NCBI GenBank assembly: GCA_964016885.1
Contig: OZ024749.1
Coordinates: forward strand, 44,702,001 to 44,766,000
Origin: Eledone cirrhosa
Lineage: Eukaryota
Direction: 5' to 3'
DNA: 64,000 nt
The notes beneath the pieces are model-generated. The model did not search any database. It had not been told where the DNA came from and worked only from the letters and a program-made list of their open reading frames with translations. Of the stretch, positions 56,671-64,000 are shown piece after piece. How positions within the stretch are numbered: position 1 is the first letter of the stretch; the number at the start of each line of letters is the position of its first letter. The position numbers and the translations under genes were made by a program.

Positions 56671-56983
56671 TGCACATAATGCACATAAATTACATTAATA
56701 AATGCACCAGAGTTCTACATGACTATTATGGTTTCAATCAACGAGTGATGGATACACAGTAAAAAGTCTAGGATGGTACCTAGAGTCACACATGACTGGC
56801 TTCACCAGTTACGATATTTTTTATATATAAGATATGTTGTATTATTATGTTATATATATATATATACACATGTACACACAATAATATATGTTTACTCTGG
56901 ACGTAAATGTATTAACTTTTCGTACCATTGAGTGCATTTTGACCGCCTCAAACAAATCGATTGTTAACTGCTTGACTATATCC

Positions 56984-57050
<67 letters not shown>

Positions 57051-58667
57051 CGTTATATCTCATTCATGCTGTTACAATAAGAAGTGTATTATCTAATCAT
57101 ATGGTCTTGCGTTCTAACGCCGCCACACATCTCTTTGTAAATGTGTATATACAATGAAATTGAATTAATGCGGTCGTTTCAATTAAGTATCTCATACAAA
57201 CATTCCTTTAGTAGTGTTTTCTTCTGATCTAAGTATTACGTCTTTCATAAAGCATTACAACAAAGCTGCTTTGTATCTTGTGGTCTGTTCGAGGTCAACA
57301 GGATTCACAAAACATTATTTTTTCCTTCTTTATATTTTTATACAGTTCCCATTTAAGGACAATTTACTTCCGTTTACTTGTGTTACAATTCTCAGTCTTG
57401 TGAAGCTTCTCACTACCACAAGGACATCAATAAATTTATCTCGTCTCAAGGAATATACTGTACGATATCTGTGTCGCTTAATATATACTAGTTATATAAA
57501 GAATGATAATAAATAATCTGCTTTCTAATTTAGGAACAAGGTTAGCAATTTAGAAAGAAGCAGGAATTCATTATATGGAGTCAGTTACCCGATCGGTTCA
57601 TTAGGGTTCGAACTCGGTAGAATGAACGGTAAAATTGGTTTTGGTAGGATTTGAATGTAGAATGAAAAGAGCTTGAACAAACACATCAAAACTTTTGTTC
57701 GATTCCCTAAACATTTTTCCAATCACCGATAATTTGTAAAGTTGCAAGTAAGTAATCAACCAATCAAGAACAAGGATGCTACACATATCAGCCAAAATCT
57801 CCAACACTGTTGACCAGGTGAGGTACAACAACAACAACAACAACAACAGCAACAACAAAAATATCAATATTCCAACTAATATATTTTCGGTATTAGGCTA
57901 AGAAATAATATCAGTGTATGACACAGTAGTCAAATGTTATTGACACCAGTCCTCACTGTTGGAGAAGGTGGAAAAGAAAGAGATTGAAATCCGTCGGTTT
58001 CAACGTTGATTATTCTGACTGATGAATCATATCTCCCTCAAATAAATCATATCCCATCTTTTTCGATAAGTCCTGTTGCAGGATTTAGTTCTCGGCATAT
58101 AGGGGAAAAAAAAAAATACTGGATGGTCACAGCTGAAATGATTCTGATCAAAACTGTGCTCCATAGATGCTTACCTGGAGTTTATCAACACCAACAATAA
58201 CTGACCAACCATCCAGATAGCTGACCATCAAGCAAATAGCAACTTAACCAAATATCCATCAACACACCAAGCAATGAAGCTAGTGACCTTCAAACCAGAT
58301 AGGCAGAGAGTTAATCAACAAACCAGACAGTTAATCAAGCAAACAAGCAATTAAAGACTAACCAAACAACAAACCAAGTAGCCTACCCTCAAACTAAACA
58401 ATTAACGAACCAAAAAAACAAACAACCACAGTAGGAACCAACCAACCGGCCAGCAAGCCAGCCAAACAGACAGAGAATCTGCCAGTCAGCCAGTCAGCCC
58501 TCAACCAACCGACCAGCTGTCCTACCGTTCAACTATCATTCATAGCACTTCATCTACCTCTTAAACTTCGGAACTGGCCATCTGAGTTAGGAATGATTAA
58601 CTGTGCTGTTATATGTATGTATGTATGTTTGTATGTATGTATGTATGTATATATGTTTGTATATACA

Positions 58668-58702
<35 letters not shown>

Positions 58703-58704
58703 CA

Positions 58705-58748
<44 letters not shown>

Positions 58749-58870
58749 TGTATATATGTATATATATGTATATATATATACATATATACAGACATATACA
58801 TATGTATATATATATGTATATATATACATATATATATATACATATATACACGCATATACATATGTATATA

Positions 58871-58949
<79 letters not shown>

Positions 58950-58973
58950 ATATGTGTGTATTTAAATATACAT

Positions 58974-59044
<71 letters not shown>

Positions 59045-59511
59045 TATATATGTATATATATATAGAGAGATATATATATTCTCCACCACCAGAGGGCCAT
59101 AGATGTTTTTGGATTAGATTGATAAAGATGATGTTCTAATGAGTTCCTAGAAAAGGTTAGTTACAGCTGTGGCCTCTATGAAAGAACCAGATGCGGCCGC
59201 GGGCTAAATAGAAAGACTTATTTCTGAGTATGGCTTCATAACAAATTAGAGTCAGCCTCTCTCTCTCTCACCCCCTCTCTCTCACCCCTCTCTCTCTCAC
59301 CCCCTCTCTCTCACCTCCCTCTATCTCACCCATCTCTCACTCTTTCTCTGGCACTCCCTCTCTCTATCTTTCTCTTTCTCTCTCGCATTATATCTCTCTT
59401 TCCCTCGTTCCTCTCTATCTATCTATATATATATATATATCTATCGGCCTCTATATTTACCCTTCTTTATCAATAGAGTTATCTCTCTTTGTGTCTGTCT
59501 GTCTCTCTCTG

Positions 59512-59618
<107 letters not shown>

Positions 59619-59862
59619 CTCTTCCTTTCTTTGTCTATCTATCTATATATTTATGTTTCACTCTCTCATCATGTGTATGTTAGTGTGTTTGGTAGTATGT
59701 TGGTGTGTGTGTCGTTGTGTGTGTATCTGATTCTGTATGTATGGTTGTGGATGTGTGTTTCTGTCTAGTGGTAACTATGTGTGTATATGTAGATATGTTT
59801 GTACATATATATATGTATATATGGATATATATATACATACATATGTACAAACACATCTACAT

Positions 59863-59958
<96 letters not shown>

Positions 59959-60458
59959 ATATATATCTGTGTGTGTATATGTCTGACTGTCAGTAAGCTT
60001 ATCTCATTAATGTGTAACTGTGATTGTATATATGTATATGTGCGCTTGTGTATGTATCTGTTGGTGGTGTTGGTGTTGGTGTGTGTGTTTGTGATGCTTG
60101 GTTTTCTGTGTATGTATATATGAGTATGATTATGACCGTAAATGTGCACGTTCCGTCTGTGTGTTTATGATGATGCTTGTATTGTATGTGTATTTGTGAT
60201 TGTATGTTTGTATGCATGTGTAGTTGGGCGTCTGTTCGTATATGTGCGTGTGTGTGTGAATATGTGTGTGTGTGTGTTTGTATTTGTGTTTGTGTGCGTG
60301 CATTTGTTTTTCTTTACGGATGTGTATGAAAGAAAGAGGCTTAGTAAACAGCAGAGAGGAGAGATAGGAAAAAAGAGAGTAAGAGCAAGTGAGGGAGAGA
60401 AGACGAGAGAGAGAATATATATATATATATATATATATATATTCTCTCTCTCTCTCTA

Positions 60459-60493
<35 letters not shown>

Positions 60494-60528
60494 GGAGAAA
60501 GATATATATATATATATATATATATATT

Positions 60529-60579
<51 letters not shown>

Positions 60580-60817
60580 TAAGAGTGCGCAGTCGCAGTA
60601 GAGAGATACAGAAAGTGTATGATGGAGCAAAGAGATATAATGGAAGAGTGAATGACCAGGTTTGAGTGTAGATCTTATTGTTTTTGGCTATACACAGTTG
60701 TTTTTTTAGTTGTTTATTTATTTATTCATATTTCTAATAAACTTTCGTAAATACATTTGTTTATAAGGTTTCGTGTCATTTAAAATGTCCGTGACGCTTT
60801 GCTGATACTAATAATTG

Positions 60818-60852
<35 letters not shown>

Positions 60853-60853
<1 letters not shown>

Positions 60854-61045
60854 GGGCGGTGACTTGGCAGAATCGTTAGAGCGTCTGACGCCATGCTGTG
60901 CAGCATAGAGTTACGGCCCTTTCCATTCTGAGTTCAAATCCCGCCGAGGTTAACTTTGCCTTTCATCCTTACGGGGTCGATAAAATAAAGTACTAGTAAT
61001 ACACTGGTTTAATTGCTGGCCTTGTGCCAAAAGTAGAAACAATTA
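60853..61045 (+). mobile_element. SINE S1 within (ATT)n
   Basis: Full-length copy with (ATT)n on both sides. Confidence 0.9.
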
Positions 61046-61074
61046 TTATTATTATTATTATTATTGTTGTTATT

Positions 61075-61862
61075 CCTTGAATCTCAGTCATTGATGTTGG
61101 TTAACCGGAAAGTCCGTTGAATTGAATATCAAGCCACTACCTACAGCCTCAGATATTCAGGACGTATCGGAGGGTTCTTGCTGTTCCAAGCAAGCATGCC
61201 TTTTGAAGCGTTCCAAAAAGCGTGAAGGGGCCAATTTTCTTTAACCATCCCTGGAAACTTTTGGAGATAGTCCCCAGTGCGCCTATGACAATCGGGATCA
61301 CTTTGACTTCATGGCAGTTCCAAATCCTTTTCACCTTCCACTTTAGGTCCTGGTATCGGTTAATTTTCTCCCTCTCCTTCTCTTGCACTCTCGTGTCGAA
61401 CGGGCAGGCCACATCCACAATCAGACACGATCTTTTTTCTTTGTCCACAACCACCAGGTCAGGTCTATTGTGTTCCAGTTTTTTGTCCGTCTGTATCCTA
61501 AAATCCCACAGCATCTTCACCTGATTGTTCTCCATCACCGCCTCCGGCCTATGCTCATACCATTTCTCAGAATGTGGTAAATTGTTTACTTTGCACAGGT
61601 GCCAGTGGATCACCCTGCCCATCACATCGTGTCTCCAGCCCTTATAGTGGGTCTGGGCTAGGTGTTTACACTCGGACACAATGTGAGCCACAGTCTCCTC
61701 TCTCTCTCCACAGATCCTGCACAGTGGGCTAGCCTCCTCCTTGTAGATATGGTGCTTCAACCACTTCGTTTTGAGGGCCTGCTCCTGCGCAGCCATTAGC
61801 ATTCCTTCTGTAGCCTTTTTGAGGTCTCCTCTTCTCAACCAGTTCCATGTCTGTGGATCTCA
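61075..61862 (-). mobile_element. 5'-truncated Dong/R4-like non-LTR retrotransposon
   Basis: Uninterrupted ORF 61149-61838 with CRICGEREETVAHIVSEC knuckle, RHD, RPDLVVVDK..IVDVACPFD..EKINRYQDL RLE motifs; (TAA)n at both junctions. Confidence 0.92.
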
Positions 61863-61933
<71 letters not shown>

Positions 61934-62237
61934 GAGGAGGGGGAGGAGGAGGAGGAGGAGGAGGAGAAGAAGGAGGAGTCGCAGTAGTTATCTAGTCATT
62001 TTGAATGTTTGTATATACACACACACACACATATATATAAATATATACACACACACTGGAACTCTTTTAACCATCTTTTGATCTTATATATATATATATA
62101 AAACATGAGGAGAAAGAAGAATACTGCGTGGTTTGCACATGGATTACATATGATAAAAATAGTCCTTCGTCAGTGATTTACCAACCATCATTGGTATTTC
62201 ATCGTATTATATATATATATATTTATTTATTTATTTA

Positions 62238-62275
<38 letters not shown>

Positions 62276-62289
62276 TAGATAAATATATG

Positions 62290-62700
62290 TATGGGTCTGA
62301 GACTTGGACACTGACCAAGAGACTCACTCAGATGGTGGATGGGTGCTACACGAGAATGCTGAGGATGGCTCTGAACATTAATCAGTATACACTGAGGATG
62401 AAAAACTCAGAGCTGTATGGGAGCATCCCAAAAGTCAGCTCAAAAGTGACACAGAGAAGACTGAGGTTGGCTGGACATGCTCACCGACATCCAGAGTTGA
62501 CATTGCACTCAGTACTCCTTTGGGAGCCCCTATATGAACACACTTGAAGAGGAAGACCAAGGTTAACATATGTTGATGCCCTAAGGACAGACACTGGTCT
62601 GTTGGAGATGCAGGATATGGCAGCGATAATGAGGGACAGAGACCGCTGGAGAGAACTCGTCCATGGATCTCGGGAATTTTACCCGCCTTAGATAGATAGA
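62290..62700 (+). mobile_element. RTE-group LINE R1 3' fragment
   Basis: YGSETWTLTK..; near-identical to 34102-34487; premature TGA at 62545; (TAGA)n tail. Confidence 0.9.
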
Positions 62701-62744
62701 TATATATATATACATACAAAAGTTCTATTTAAATTGTTGGGACC

Positions 62745-62916
62745 TTCCAACAATAATGGTGCATTTTTTAAGGGTATGTCAATATTTATTTATAAAACTG
62801 ATCTATATTATATTTTGTCTGATGAAAGCACACCATAATTTAACTTGGTGTCCTTGAAATATGTATAATGAAATAAATATGGTTTTATAAATATAGTTTC
62901 CATTTGTTAATATCGT
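62745..62916 (+). mobile_element. Family A copy with intact hammerhead
   Basis: TATTTTGT-CTGATGA(62819)-AAG..CACCA/TGGTG..CTT-GAAA-TATGTA-TA-ATGAAATA; ends in (TA)n. Confidence 0.85.
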
Positions 62917-62957
62917 ATATATATATAGATATATTTATCTATCTTTAGGAAAATAGT

Positions 62958-63035
62958 CAGGTCCCCGACGGCTGAGCTCCGACCGTTTCGACAGATAGAT
63001 GCGAACTCGTGCGTTATGGTCCACCTGGTTTCTAA
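62958..63035. mobile_element. Family E fragments in opposite orientations
   Basis: CCCCGACGGCTGAGCTC..CCGTTTCGAC and GTGCGTTATGGTCCACCTGG. Confidence 0.7.
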
Positions 63036-63424
63036 CAAAACTTTCTTTGCTATATATATACACATATAAATACACACATGCGCGGACACCCCCCCCCCCC
63101 CCCCCCCACACACGCACATACATACACATACACACACACACGCAAACACACACACACACGCACACACATATATAGTTTATTAAGGAGTCCAGAAATGTGA
63201 TGAAATATCGATCTCATCGCGATTGATCGATACCGATCCTATCTTGAGCTGATCAATCACGAAACGCGCGTCAAACGGGAATATAGACAATGGTGCTATA
63301 CAGATACCTCGTACAAACTCCTTATATATGTATATATATATACACACATATATATATGTATATATATATATATATATGCATTTATATATATATATATATG
63401 TGTGTGTATATATATATATATGTA

Positions 63425-63463
<39 letters not shown>

Positions 63464-63863
63464 ATATCTATCTATATATATATATATATATATATAACTA
63501 TATATGTGGGGATATGAGCGTGATTTTATAGTATGAGATACGAATGGAACTAGAGACGGAGCATCAATTTCTTGAGACAATCATGGTGACAGCGTGATAT
63601 GGCTTTGCAAATATTCTCCTCTGACCACAGACCACATAGACGACGTTGGCTGGGATAGAATCCTGTTAAGAATAAAACAAAAGTAAACGTATCTTCTAAA
63701 AGAAATATAACAGTTTGCTTGTCCATTAACAGGATTAGCTGACTAGAACTTAAAGTAGTATAGCTTCAATTTTCCTAGATGCTTGACTACGTAAACAGCT
63801 GGAGAGACGAGTAAATAGGATTCTCAGAAAGAAGCTGTACTATGCATCAATGCAATACATCCA

Positions 63864-63981
<118 letters not shown>

Positions 63982-64000
63982 TTGATAGATATATAGATAG

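Noticed and set aside
62125-62175. Minus-strand CTGACGAAGGAC hammerhead start
   Set aside because: GAAA half is missing or too degraded; similar weak cases near 5405 and 14650 were also not counted.

Overview
Eukaryotic, AT-rich, microsatellite-saturated animal DNA; the SINE and repeat content fits an octopod or other cephalopod best (inference from remembered repeat families). Nearly all ORFs in the supplied track are translated microsatellites. Supported content: about 15 copies of one tRNA-derived SINE; 3' fragments of non-LTR retrotransposons from several clades (Dong/R4-like RLE, CRE-like RLE, Tx1/L1-like, two RTE-group families); one 5'-truncated Penelope-like element (RT end plus GIY-YIG); and two candidate minus-strand host exons that join in frame across a 17.4 kb intron. 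The most striking signal is a set of at least eight unrelated short elements, mostly inside (TA)n tracts, carrying about 15 type I hammerhead ribozyme motifs. These show palindromic stem III, compensatory stem II changes and one U3:A8 core variant, and many are fold-back palindromes. One family is physically the 3' end of the Penelope ORF. In three cases host DNA next to such an end is duplicated in inverted orientation. Coordinates were counted by eye and may be off by a few bases.
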